A stretch of 64,000 nucleotides of DNA, taken from Methanomassiliicoccaceae archaeon. GTDB taxonomy: Archaea > Thermoplasmatota > Thermoplasmata > Methanomassiliicoccales > UBA472. This document shows positions 31,266 to 39,960 of the stretch, in pieces; the first letter of the stretch is position 1; the number at the start of each line of letters is the position of its first letter. The stretch lies in contig CAWDXN010000002.1 in the NCBI GenBank assembly GCA_963806355.1, forward strand, positions 51,326 to 115,325. Reading direction: 5' to 3'. Under the pieces are notes generated by a model, which was not told the DNA's origin, ran no database searches, and saw only the letters and a program-made list of their open reading frames with translations. The translations under genes and the position numbers were made by a program.

Positions 31266-31936
31266 GTCCTTTGCACCACCACCATGGCATGGTCCTTCTC
31301 GTACGGTTCCAGGTCGACCACCTCCAGGACCTTGAACCCTGCCTTCTGGAACTGCGCCTCCACCGAGCGGAAGATGTCCCTCGGTTCCTTGGTGACGTCC
31401 TCAGAGCGTGCCTTCACCACCAGCATGCCTTGGTCGATGCCGAAGGCGCCGAGGTTGCGCAGGAAGATGCCCGCCTGGTCCTTCTGGGCCACATCCTGAT
31501 AGAGGACGTCCGGTCCTTCCACCACGAAACGGAAATCGTCCGGTCTGGTGGCGTCCCCCAGTATGGGCACCATGTTCGGCCTGGACTCGCACACGGTGAC
31601 CAGGTCGCGGAAGGAACGTTGGGAGATCTCCACGCAGAAGACCGAACCGTCGAGCACGATGTCGGAGACATGGCTGGAGGTGGTCCCGCTGGCCGCCCCC
31701 AAGTACAGGACCTTGGAGCGCCTGCCGATCGGACAGTGAGCACCGCCCCTCTTCATGTAAGCGGCCAGCTTGCTGCGGTTTGGTACCCATTCTCTGTATT
31801 CCACCCCTTCATGGTCGAAGAGGCGCTCCCCGTAGACCCTCACTCCGGGCACCATGTTCTGGGTGAAGAGGAGATTGCCGTCGCTGAAGACCCCCTCCCA
31901 TCGGGTGGGACGGATGGCATGTTTGGAGGTACCCAT
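31262..31936 (-). CDS. flpA: Fibrillarin (rRNA/tRNA 2'-O-methyltransferase)
   Basis: Starts MGTSKHAIRPTRWEGVF. Motifs: YREWVPNRSKLAA, VLYLGAASGTTSSHVSDI, VEISQRSFRDL, PILGDATRP, LYQDVAQKDQA. The N-terminal 43 codons of the ORF-track entry are unlikely to be coding. Confidence 0.92.
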   Translation of the reverse strand: MGTSKHAIRPTRWEGVFSDGNLLFTQNMVPGVRVYGERLFDHEGVEYREWVPNRSKLAAYMKRGGAHCPIGRRSKVLYLGAASGTTSSHVSDIVLDGSVFCVEISQRSFRDLVTVCESRPNMVPILGDATRPDDFRFVVEGPDVLYQDVAQKDQAGIFLRNLGAFGIDQGMLVVKARSEDVTKEPRDIFRSVEAQFQKAGFKVLEVVDLEPYEKDHAMVVVQRT

Positions 31937-31991
31937 ACGGTGGCATGGATGAGGGTTAAGGTTAAAAGCGTTTCTCGCCGCTATCCGGTCC

Positions 31992-32450
31992 GTGGCCGGT
32001 GAGGGGGACCAGGGCAAGAAGATCGACGAGCTCACCCAGAAGGTGGAGCAACTAGAGCAGGCCATGCGCGACGTGGCCCGCCCCTACTCCGAGCTGGTGG
32101 AGCAGTTGGCCCGGTTCCAGGAGACGGTGCAGAAATACTTCCGCCTCATGGACCTGTACCAGCGCTTTGGTTCCATCTCCATCGAGACCATCCTCCCCGA
32201 GGTCAAGGACCCCATCTCCAAGGACATCGTCAAGGTATTGCTGGACAAACCTGGACTGAACATATCGGAGATAACCGAGGAGCTCAGGGCCCGTCGGGGC
32301 AGCTCCTCTCGGCGCATCGTGCGCGACCGATTGGGGGAGCTGGTGGAGCAGAAGGTGCTGGTGGAGAAGGCTGGCCAAAAGGAGAAGACATACGATATCT
32401 CCGAGCCCGTGATCAAGAAATGGTCACAAGTGCTCGGGTTGAGCAAATAG
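31992..32450 (+). CDS. Hypothetical protein with an N-terminal coiled coil and a C-terminal winged-helix-like domain
   Basis: 152 aa with an apparent GTG start. N-terminal KKIDELTQKVEQLEQAMRDV, then KDIVKVLLDKPGLNISEITEELRARRGSSSRRIVRDRLGELVEQKVLVE. Confidence 0.5.
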   Translation: MAGEGDQGKKIDELTQKVEQLEQAMRDVARPYSELVEQLARFQETVQKYFRLMDLYQRFGSISIETILPEVKDPISKDIVKVLLDKPGLNISEITEELRARRGSSSRRIVRDRLGELVEQKVLVEKAGQKEKTYDISEPVIKKWSQVLGLSK

Positions 32451-32527
32451 GGTGACCATGCTTGACCTATCACGAAGGACGCAGGGAGACCGGGAACGAA
32501 CCGTACTGAGACGGACGAGGTGAAGAG

Positions 32528-32875
32528 ATGACAGAAAAGGAAGGATATAAGAGCGAAATGCCGGACGCGCAGGAGCTGAGGGAGATATTCGAGGTGCTGT
32601 CCGAGCATGTGCCGCGGTTGCTCGAAGCGGTGACCAAGGTACTGTACAACGCCCAGGAAGGGGAGAAGTTCGGTCAATCGGTGGCCGGGTTCTACAAATC
32701 CCTCAAGGCGGCGGGAATGAGCGGGCAGGAGGCCTTCGAGCTCACCAAGCAGTACATGGACACCATCAGCCTGGGCGGGCTTTTGAAGAACATGATCGGC
32801 GGCTATGGCGATGACGACGACATCGGGAGGGCCATCAAGAAGCGGGTGGCCAAGGAGATCGAAGAGGAGAAATGA
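32528..32875 (+). CDS. Hypothetical acidic helical protein (115 aa)
   Basis: Intact ORF with protein-like composition and no motif I recognise. There is a 4-nt overlap with the next ORF. Confidence 0.45.
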   Translation: MTEKEGYKSEMPDAQELREIFEVLSEHVPRLLEAVTKVLYNAQEGEKFGQSVAGFYKSLKAAGMSGQEAFELTKQYMDTISLGGLLKNMIGGYGDDDDIGRAIKKRVAKEIEEEK

Positions 32876-33144
32876 TGGACCCAGAGGATAAGGAGGCGGT
32901 CCTGGTGGTGACGGCGGCCTTCCCCAAGTTGATGATAACGCTCTTCATCTCCTATCTGCGCCTCAAGCGGGCAGCGGTGCGAGCGGAGAAGGACCTGCGG
33001 CGCTCCCTGCAGGCCAACGGTGTCCCGAAAAAGGAAGCGAAGGAGCTCGCCGCGGCATACACCGAATGGACCTCCCTGCGTTTTTGGCTGAGGAGGACGG
33101 CGTTCCCAGCCGCCCGGGAAGGGATCCGGTCCGCCGGCAAGTGA
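32872..33144 (+). CDS. Hypothetical small protein (90 aa) with one hydrophobic helix
   Basis: It overlaps the upstream ORF by 4 nt (ATGA). Contains AVLVVTAAFPKLMITLFISYL followed by a basic tail. Confidence 0.4.
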   Translation: MMDPEDKEAVLVVTAAFPKLMITLFISYLRLKRAAVRAEKDLRRSLQANGVPKKEAKELAAAYTEWTSLRFWLRRTAFPAAREGIRSAGK

Positions 33145-33148
33145 CCCG

Positions 33149-34066
33149 TCACTGCCGGATCAGATATTCGGCCACGCCGAAGCCGACCTCTTCGTCCATC
33201 TTGAACCGGGTGAGGGTCTCCCACATCACTGCGTGGTGCTTCTTGTCCTCGCCCTCGAAGTGCATCATGGCCTTGCGCTTGGTGACGCCCTTCACGCCGT
33301 ACACGTTGCCATCCTTGTCATAGAACGCCATGTACAGCTCGGTCGGACTGCCGTCCGCCTGGAACTCCTTGGCCACGTCCACCTTGACGATGGGGATCAT
33401 CTCGCCGTCCAAGTACAGGAAGCCGGCGTCGACATCGCCCTTGTCCATCTCCAGCTTGGTGATGTTGAAGGCGAACTTCTCGTTGAACTGGCAGGTGACC
33501 CAGAGCCACAGGCGGGGGGCGGTCCATTCCCTGACGCCCCAGGAGTGGTCCCTCTCGCCCAAGGCGCGGACCACGAACTCCCGGTCCTCGACCTTGACCG
33601 TGCCTATGAAATGTCCGACCTGCTCGATGTGCTCGGCCGCCACCTGCTGGGCTATCTTCTCCTTCTCCGGCGTCACGCAGCTGCGGTAGTCGAACTGGGG
33701 GGTGATGGCATCGAAGTCCAGGGCGAATGAGACCTTGACCGGCTTGACCTCGCCCTTGTCCATTTGCATGAGCTCTCCCTCAAAGGAGAGGTTCCACTTC
33801 TTCTCCGCCTCGACCGCGGTGAACTTGAGGCCCTTGGCGCTCAGCTCGTTGTCTTCCATCTCGACGTTCTCTTTGAGGCCCACGATGGAGCCGTCCGGCA
33901 TGAGGAAGAAGCAGAAGAGCGCCTTCTCCTTCTTGTTCGGCTTCATACCGATGCGCATGAAGCCACAAAGGTCGTTGCCGCGATCATAGAAATTGAAGTA
34001 AAAACTCTCGTTCCAGTCCTTTTGCTCTCCGACCTCATGAAGCATATCGTAATCCAAATCGATCAA
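33149..34066 (-). CDS. Hypothetical beta-rich protein, possibly CrtC/AttH-like (DH-x-WG motif)
   Basis: 305-aa intact ORF with WNESFYFNFYD, GFMRIGMKPN, GERDHSWGVREW. Its start (TTG 34066 or ATG 34045) abuts or overlaps the stop of the upstream kinase gene. Confidence 0.4.
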   Translation of the reverse strand: MIDLDYDMLHEVGEQKDWNESFYFNFYDRGNDLCGFMRIGMKPNKKEKALFCFFLMPDGSIVGLKENVEMEDNELSAKGLKFTAVEAEKKWNLSFEGELMQMDKGEVKPVKVSFALDFDAITPQFDYRSCVTPEKEKIAQQVAAEHIEQVGHFIGTVKVEDREFVVRALGERDHSWGVREWTAPRLWLWVTCQFNEKFAFNITKLEMDKGDVDAGFLYLDGEMIPIVKVDVAKEFQADGSPTELYMAFYDKDGNVYGVKGVTKRKAMMHFEGEDKKHHAVMWETLTRFKMDEEVGFGVAEYLIRQ

Positions 34067-36679
34067 CCTTCCAACACGTAAATCGTGCCTTCGTTGCCGT
34101 CAAGGGTTATCCTCTGCCCCGTCTTGAAGATTTTCGTTGCACCCTTGACCGCGGTGACCGCCGGGAGGCCGTATTCGCGCGAAACCACCGCTCCGTGCGA
34201 TAGCACCCCGCCGGTCTCGGTGATCAGTCCGCCGATCTTGCTGAACACCGCCGTCCATCCCGGGTCGGTGTTGGTCGTGACCAGGATCTCGTGGTCCCGC
34301 ACCTCCCCCAGCTGCTCGATGGAATCGACCACGCGAACGATGCCAGTGCACGTTCCAGGGCTGGCGGAGGTGCCGACGATCCGAAGGCCGTCCCCTTGCC
34401 AGATGACCGTGTCGTCGAACTCGGTGTTCCCGCGCAGGAATTTCGGAGGCAGTCGGTCCTTGTAACGCATGAACTCCCTTCGCCTCTGCTCCACCGTCCT
34501 CATCAGTTCCTCTGACGGCTGCCTCGGCATTTGGAATATCTCCTCCTTGCTCAGGAAGAAGATGTCATCGACGCTATCCAGCATCCCTCTCTCCCTGAAT
34601 CTGCGGCCATACTCCATGAAAAGGCGGCGCCAGCGATAGAGGATGTGGTCCAGGTAGAAGCGCTGGTTCTCCCGGAACATGAGATAGGTCTGGGCATACC
34701 CGAGGACGGTCTTGAACAGCTTGCGACGCAGGTAACCGTAACGCATCTTGCCGATCGCGGTCAATATCTCCCGCTCCGCCTCCATACGCTCCTTGACCTT
34801 GTTCCGCTCCATCTCTTCCAGGTCGATCTGCGGCGACCGTACCAGCGCCCTCAATATGTCCACCACCAGGGCGGGGTCGTCCGCCCAGCGGGGGAAGTAG
34901 ATCTCGCGGGTGTGGGACCGCTGGCCATAGGCATCGAGGAACTCGAGGAACTCGATGCGATAATCTGAATACATGGGCCGGGTCCAGAGCTCCTCAAGGA
35001 ACTCCTTGGACGGCAGCTCCTGCAGGCGTCTCGCCACGGCGGTCTCCGCCCTGGCCTTGTCGGCCAGCTTGGCCAAGGCCATGTTGGTCTCGATGGTCTT
35101 GTTGCCCTTCAGCCCGGAGATGACCTTGGAGTAGAGCACGCCCGACCTATCGTCCAGCCAGTCGGTCAACCAGCGCTTCACCATCAGGTTCGTTCCGATG
35201 GAGTGGGTCACCATGCCATAGCGGATCAGGCGGAAGTGCTTCAGGTAGGCCTCCTCCATGGCCAGGAACTCCTGGTGCAACCGCTCGTCATCCACCTTGG
35301 TCAGGTCCAGGGCGTCGAAGGGACCCACTGCCTCCATGTATCCCTCCGTCCACCGCTGGTAGGCCTTGTCGGTCCGGAATATGGTGCCGTCCCGGTCCAG
35401 CACCGCGATGCGGACCTCCGCCCACAGGCGTTTGCCCACCTTGGTCTTGACGTTGGCGATGCGTTCCTGGTCCTTCACCGGGAAGTAGTTGAGCAGCTCC
35501 TTGGTGCGTGAGAATCGGGGGTTGTAGGTGAAGACCTCCTCCAGCACCTCGGTGTTGAAGTAGATGTGGCCCTTGTGCACCCGGAGCAGCACCTTGTCGG
35601 TGAGGTCCTTGTAACCCATGATCTCGCTGCCCTCGTGGTTCACGTACTTGGTGAGGTACTCTCCTAGCAACGAGTAGAACAGCGGCGAGGTGACATCGGC
35701 CCAGTATTCGTCCCCATAGGCCCTGGTCCACAGGGTCCTGTCCTTGACCAGGGTGGTGATGGGACGGGACTGCAGGATGATATACTGACCTTCCGTCCAT
35801 GGCCCACTCGATGTCCTGGGGCGACCCGAAGTGTTCCTCCAGTCTCAGACCGGTGCGGGCCAGTTCCTCCGCCTGCCCCGGACCCAGGGTGGGTTTGGTC
35901 TGCAGTTCCTCCGGGAGGGCGGTCGCCTCGCCGGAGCTCAGATGGAAGGCCTTTTCCTTCCGGTTGATCTGGTGATGCTCCAGTTTGCAGTTCCGGCCGT
36001 CGCATATGTAGCGGTCCGGACTGACCATCCCGGAGGCTATGGCCTCTCCCAGGCCGAACGCCGCCTCGATGACGACCTTGTCATCGCCGGTCACAGGGTC
36101 CTTGGTGAACATGATCCCTGAACTTACCGCATCCACCATCCTCTGCACGATGACCGCCATGCCCGTGCGCAGGTGGGGCACCTCGTTGTTGTCGCGATAG
36201 GTCATGGCCCTCTCGTTCCAGTAGGAGGCCCAGCATCGTTTCACATGCTCCGCCACCGCCTCCTTCTCAATGCCCAGATAAGTGTCCTGCTGCCCTGCGA
36301 ACGACGCGTCGCCCAGGTCCTCCGCGATGGCGGACGATCGCACCGCCCAAAGACCATCCGAGGCGAGCCTATCTTGCAGGCCGGCTAATAGCTCAACGCG
36401 TAGAGGCCTCGCCATCATGGCCCCCTTGATCTCTCGGGAGGCCTTCTGCACCGCCAGGGCGTCATCGAAATCTGTGCCCTCAAGGACCTTGGCGATCTCC
36501 TCGGACAGCCCATTGGTCCGGAGGAAGGAATCATACTCCATTGCCGGGACCACCAACGCCCAAGGCACCGGAAAGCCCGCCGACAATAGGTTGGCCAGGT
36601 TCGCCGCCTTTGGCCCGACCAGCCCGATGTCCCCCTCCCCGACCTCCTCCAAGGACAGGACGGTCTTCGCAGCTGTCAT
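34063..36679 (-). CDS. PEP-utilising-enzyme family phosphotransferase with rifampicin-phosphotransferase-like domain order (not a canonical PEP synthase); one frame break near 35790
   Basis: N-terminal PPDK_N ATP-grasp domain (MTAAKTVLSLEEVGEGDIGLVGPKAANLANL, SFAGQQDTYL, IEWAMDGRQYIILQSRPIT). A central region of about 430 aa has no motif I recognise. The C-terminal swivel phosphohistidine domain reads TNTDPGWTAVFSKIGGLITETGGVLSHGAVVSREYGLPAV. There is no TIM-barrel domain. Confidence 0.8.
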
Positions 36680-36776
36680 GCCATTGATTTGGACCAGGCC
36701 CCCAGCCGGCTTAGACCTTCCATCAACAAAATGCTTTGCCCCTCCAATTATTTCTAAAGGAAGGGCCATTGAGGCC

Positions 36777-37553
36777 ATGATGCTCGATATCCTGAACGAC
36801 ATCGCCGACCGGGTGGCCGAGAAGGTCAGACCGAGATGGCGCGAGGCCTGCATGGGCGAGGAGCTGGAGATGGGGGCGGACGGCACCCCCACTTTGTTGA
36901 TCGACCGTCTGGCCGAGGAGATCATCATAGACCACGTCAAGCGCTCTGGACTGTCCTGGGACATACTGAGCGAGGAGGCGGGCCGCGTAGGGAATGGCGG
37001 GGATAGGACCTTGGTCATCGACCCGATCGACGGCACCTACAACGCGATCATGGGAATACCGTTCTACAGTGTGTCATTGGCCCTAGGCAGGGAGAGCATG
37101 TGCGACGTCGACACCGCGGTGGTGTTGAACCTGGTGACCGGCGACCGGTACACCGCCATCAAGGGCAAGGGCGCCTGGTTGAACGGATGTCGGATCCAGA
37201 CCAGGAGGCTGGACCTCAAGCAGGCGGTGTTCCTGGTCTACATGGGGCATTTCGCCACCGACAAGGACTTCCGCATTGCCCGCATGGGGCGGAGATGCCG
37301 CTCCCTCGGATGCAGCTCCCTGGAACTGGCATTGGTGGCTCAGGGCAGCGCCGACGGCTATTACCTTCACACGGACGTCTACGAAAAGGCCATCCGCGTG
37401 GTGGACATCGCCGCCGCGGCCTTGATACTGCGCGAGGCCGGCGGGGACCTCGTCGACCTTAAAGGAGGCAGGTTGGACATGCCCTTCGACCTGAGCACGA
37501 GAAGTAACTTCTTAGCCTATGGCGACGAATCTATGCGCGAGGTGCTGCGATGA
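36777..37553 (+). CDS. Inositol monophosphatase / FBPase-family phosphatase (possible NADP phosphatase)
   Basis: Motifs: ILSEEAG, VIDPIDGTYN, SLGCSSLELALVAQGSADGY. Starts MMLDIL at 36777. The upstream part of ORF 36282-37553 is antisense to the kinase gene. Confidence 0.85.
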   Translation: MMLDILNDIADRVAEKVRPRWREACMGEELEMGADGTPTLLIDRLAEEIIIDHVKRSGLSWDILSEEAGRVGNGGDRTLVIDPIDGTYNAIMGIPFYSVSLALGRESMCDVDTAVVLNLVTGDRYTAIKGKGAWLNGCRIQTRRLDLKQAVFLVYMGHFATDKDFRIARMGRRCRSLGCSSLELALVAQGSADGYYLHTDVYEKAIRVVDIAAAALILREAGGDLVDLKGGRLDMPFDLSTRSNFLAYGDESMREVLR

Positions 37554-38359
37554 GATTCGGCATGAGCGTCAACATGGACATACCGGACGCACCCCGTCTG
37601 GCCAAGAAGGTGCTGGGGCTATTGAAGGGGCACGAGGTGCTGCTGGAGAACGAGGTCGCGGCCCGGCTCAAGCGCCCCGGCATGAAATTGGACGACATGG
37701 ACGTGGACATGGTGGTGGCGGTGGGCGGGGACGGCACCATTCTCAGGGCCTTGCAGCACAACACCGCCCCGTTGTTCGGCATCAACGCCGGCGACCTCGG
37801 TTTCCTCACCACGGTCACGGAGGAGGAGATGGAGGAGGGCGTGGAGAACATCCTCAACGGCAATTACTCCTTGGAATCCCGCAGCAAGCTGCAGACGACC
37901 GTCGGCGGCAAGCGACTGCGCGACGCCGTGAACGAGGCGGTGGTGCACACCGCCCAGATCGCCAAGATCCGTCACTTCCAGGTCCACGTCGACAACGAGC
38001 TCGCCATCAATGTCCGGGCGGACGGCATCATCGTCTCCACCCCGACCGGTTCCACCTGCTACGCCATGAGCGTCGGTGCCCCGCTGGTCGACCCCCGGGT
38101 GGACGCGCTGGTCATCGTGCCCATGGCCCCTTTCAAGTTCGCCGCCAGGCCGGTGGTGGTGCCCTCGAGCAGCAAGATCACCCTGCGCGTGATGCGGCCG
38201 AAGGAGTGCCTGGTGGTCATCGACGGCCAGGACTCAGAGCTGATGGCCGGCAATGAGACGGTGGAGTTCACCGTGGCCTCGACCAAGGCGCGCTTCGTCA
38301 CCTTCGGCAAAGGCTTCTACACGCGTACCCGAGAGAAGCTGATGGGATCCCTATGCTGA
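37550..38359 (+). CDS. nadK: NAD kinase (PpnK-type)
   Basis: Motifs: VVAVGGDGTILRA, GINAGDLGFLT, NEAVV, ADGIIVSTPTGSTCYAMSVGAP. There is a 4-nt overlap with the IMPase gene. Confidence 0.92.
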   Translation: MRFGMSVNMDIPDAPRLAKKVLGLLKGHEVLLENEVAARLKRPGMKLDDMDVDMVVAVGGDGTILRALQHNTAPLFGINAGDLGFLTTVTEEEMEEGVENILNGNYSLESRSKLQTTVGGKRLRDAVNEAVVHTAQIAKIRHFQVHVDNELAINVRADGIIVSTPTGSTCYAMSVGAPLVDPRVDALVIVPMAPFKFAARPVVVPSSSKITLRVMRPKECLVVIDGQDSELMAGNETVEFTVASTKARFVTFGKGFYTRTREKLMGSLC

Positions 38360-38733
38360 AGAGACCCCACAGCATTTACCGCGAGGTGCTGGAGATGGTC
38401 ATCGACGTGGCCAAGAGCAGCCATCCCAAGGAGTTCGTGGCGCTGCTCCACCAGGAGGACGGGGTCATCGACGAGCTGCACTTCCTTCCCGGAACGACCT
38501 CCAACGAGGACAGCGCCTACCTCCTTTTGCACATGCGTCCCATCGACCTCAACATATGCGGCACGGTGCACTCCCATCCCGGTCCATCGTTCCGGCCCTC
38601 CGGCGCGGACCTGAGCCTGTTCAATCACTTCGGAAGCACCCACATCATCATGTGCATGCCTTACGAGATGAGGAGCTGGCAGGCATACGACCACGAGGGA
38701 AGGCGCATCTCCCTGCAGATCGTCGATGAGTGA
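38353..38733 (+). CDS. JAB1/MPN/Mov34 (JAMM) metalloprotease
   Basis: 126 aa with E...HSHPGPSFRPSGADL. It overlaps the nadK stop by 7 nt. Confidence 0.85.
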   Translation: MLKRPHSIYREVLEMVIDVAKSSHPKEFVALLHQEDGVIDELHFLPGTTSNEDSAYLLLHMRPIDLNICGTVHSHPGPSFRPSGADLSLFNHFGSTHIIMCMPYEMRSWQAYDHEGRRISLQIVDE

Positions 38734-39960
38734 TCAGAAGACGCGCGTGTCTGGACCGATGTTCCCCCGGGCCAGGGTGCCCATGCCGATGGTGCACCGT
38801 TCCCAGATGATGGTGCCCGGTTCGATCATGCTGTTGATGCCGGTCTTGACGTCATCGCCCATGATCACGCCCAGCTTCCTCAGTCCGGTGTCGATGAGCT
38901 CGTCGCGGAACGTGACCTTGATGCTGCGGTTGTCGAAACGGAGGTTGGCCACCTTGGTGCCCGCGCCGAAGTTGCACCGCTCCCCGATCACGCTGTCACC
39001 CACGTAGTTGTGGTGGGGGATGTGGGTCCCGGCCATGACGATGCTGTTCTTCACCTCGACGGACGCCCCGATCTTGACCTTCTCCGCCAGGCTGGTCGCC
39101 GGTCGGATATAGCAGTTCGGGCCGACCTCGCAGCCCTTGGATATGTACACCGGTCCTTGGACATAGGCACCGCTGCGCACCACCGCCCCCTCCTCCACCA
39201 CCACGTTCCCTTTCAGGACCGCCCCCTCCTCCACCTCGCCCCGGATGTCGCGCTGGACCTCCGACATCAGGATCTCGTTGGCCTTGAGCAGGTCCCAGGG
39301 CCGCCCCACATCCATCCAGTAGCCTTCCAGACGTTGGACCACCAGGTCGTTGGAGGCGGCGAACAGGTTGAGCGTGTCGGTTATCTCGAACTCCCCGCGG
39401 GGGGACCTCTCGGTCCTGCGGATGTAAGGGAAGATCTCTGGGGTGAGGATGAACATGCCCGCGTTGATCAGATCGCCCGGGGGGTCCTTGGGCTTCTCGA
39501 CGATGCGTGCCATGCGGCCCTCCCTCTCATCGATGACACCGAAGCGGGAAGGGTCCTGCACGCGGACGGCGCATATCATCGCCTTGCGCTCCCTGCGGTA
39601 GCGGTCCACCGCCGCCTTGATGTCCTGTCTCGATAGGAGCACGTCCCCGTTGAGGCATACGAACTCCTCATCGATGTGACCCTCGGCGATCCCGATGGCG
39701 TTCGCCGTCCCCAAGCGCTCCTTCTGCTCCAGGAAGTTGATGTTCAGGCCCAGGCTCGAGCCGTCGCCATAATGCTCCTTGATGCGGTTGGCCTTCCAGC
39801 CCACTAGGATGGTGATGTCCTCCACCCCGGCCGAGCGCAGCGATTCCATGAGGTGGGTCAGGTACGGTTTGCCTGCCAACGTCAGCAGTGGCTTCGGTAT
39901 GTTGGAGGTGAGCGGTCTGAGCCTGGTCCCCTCTCCCGCGGCAAGGATGAACGCCTTCAT
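38734..39960 (-). CDS. Bifunctional sugar-1-phosphate nucleotidyltransferase/acetyltransferase (archaeal GlmU-like)
   Basis: Reads MKAFILAAGEGTRLRPLTSNIPKPLL, then GTANAI, GYWMDVGRPWDLL, and a long C-terminal hexapeptide-repeat domain. Its ATG overlaps the glmM stop (ATGA). The first 104 codons of ORF 38734-40272 are discounted. Confidence 0.85.
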   Translation of the reverse strand: MKAFILAAGEGTRLRPLTSNIPKPLLTLAGKPYLTHLMESLRSAGVEDITILVGWKANRIKEHYGDGSSLGLNINFLEQKERLGTANAIGIAEGHIDEEFVCLNGDVLLSRQDIKAAVDRYRRERKAMICAVRVQDPSRFGVIDEREGRMARIVEKPKDPPGDLINAGMFILTPEIFPYIRRTERSPRGEFEITDTLNLFAASNDLVVQRLEGYWMDVGRPWDLLKANEILMSEVQRDIRGEVEEGAVLKGNVVVEEGAVVRSGAYVQGPVYISKGCEVGPNCYIRPATSLAEKVKIGASVEVKNSIVMAGTHIPHHNYVGDSVIGERCNFGAGTKVANLRFDNRSIKVTFRDELIDTGLRKLGVIMGDDVKTGINSMIEPGTIIWERCTIGMGTLARGNIGPDTRVF

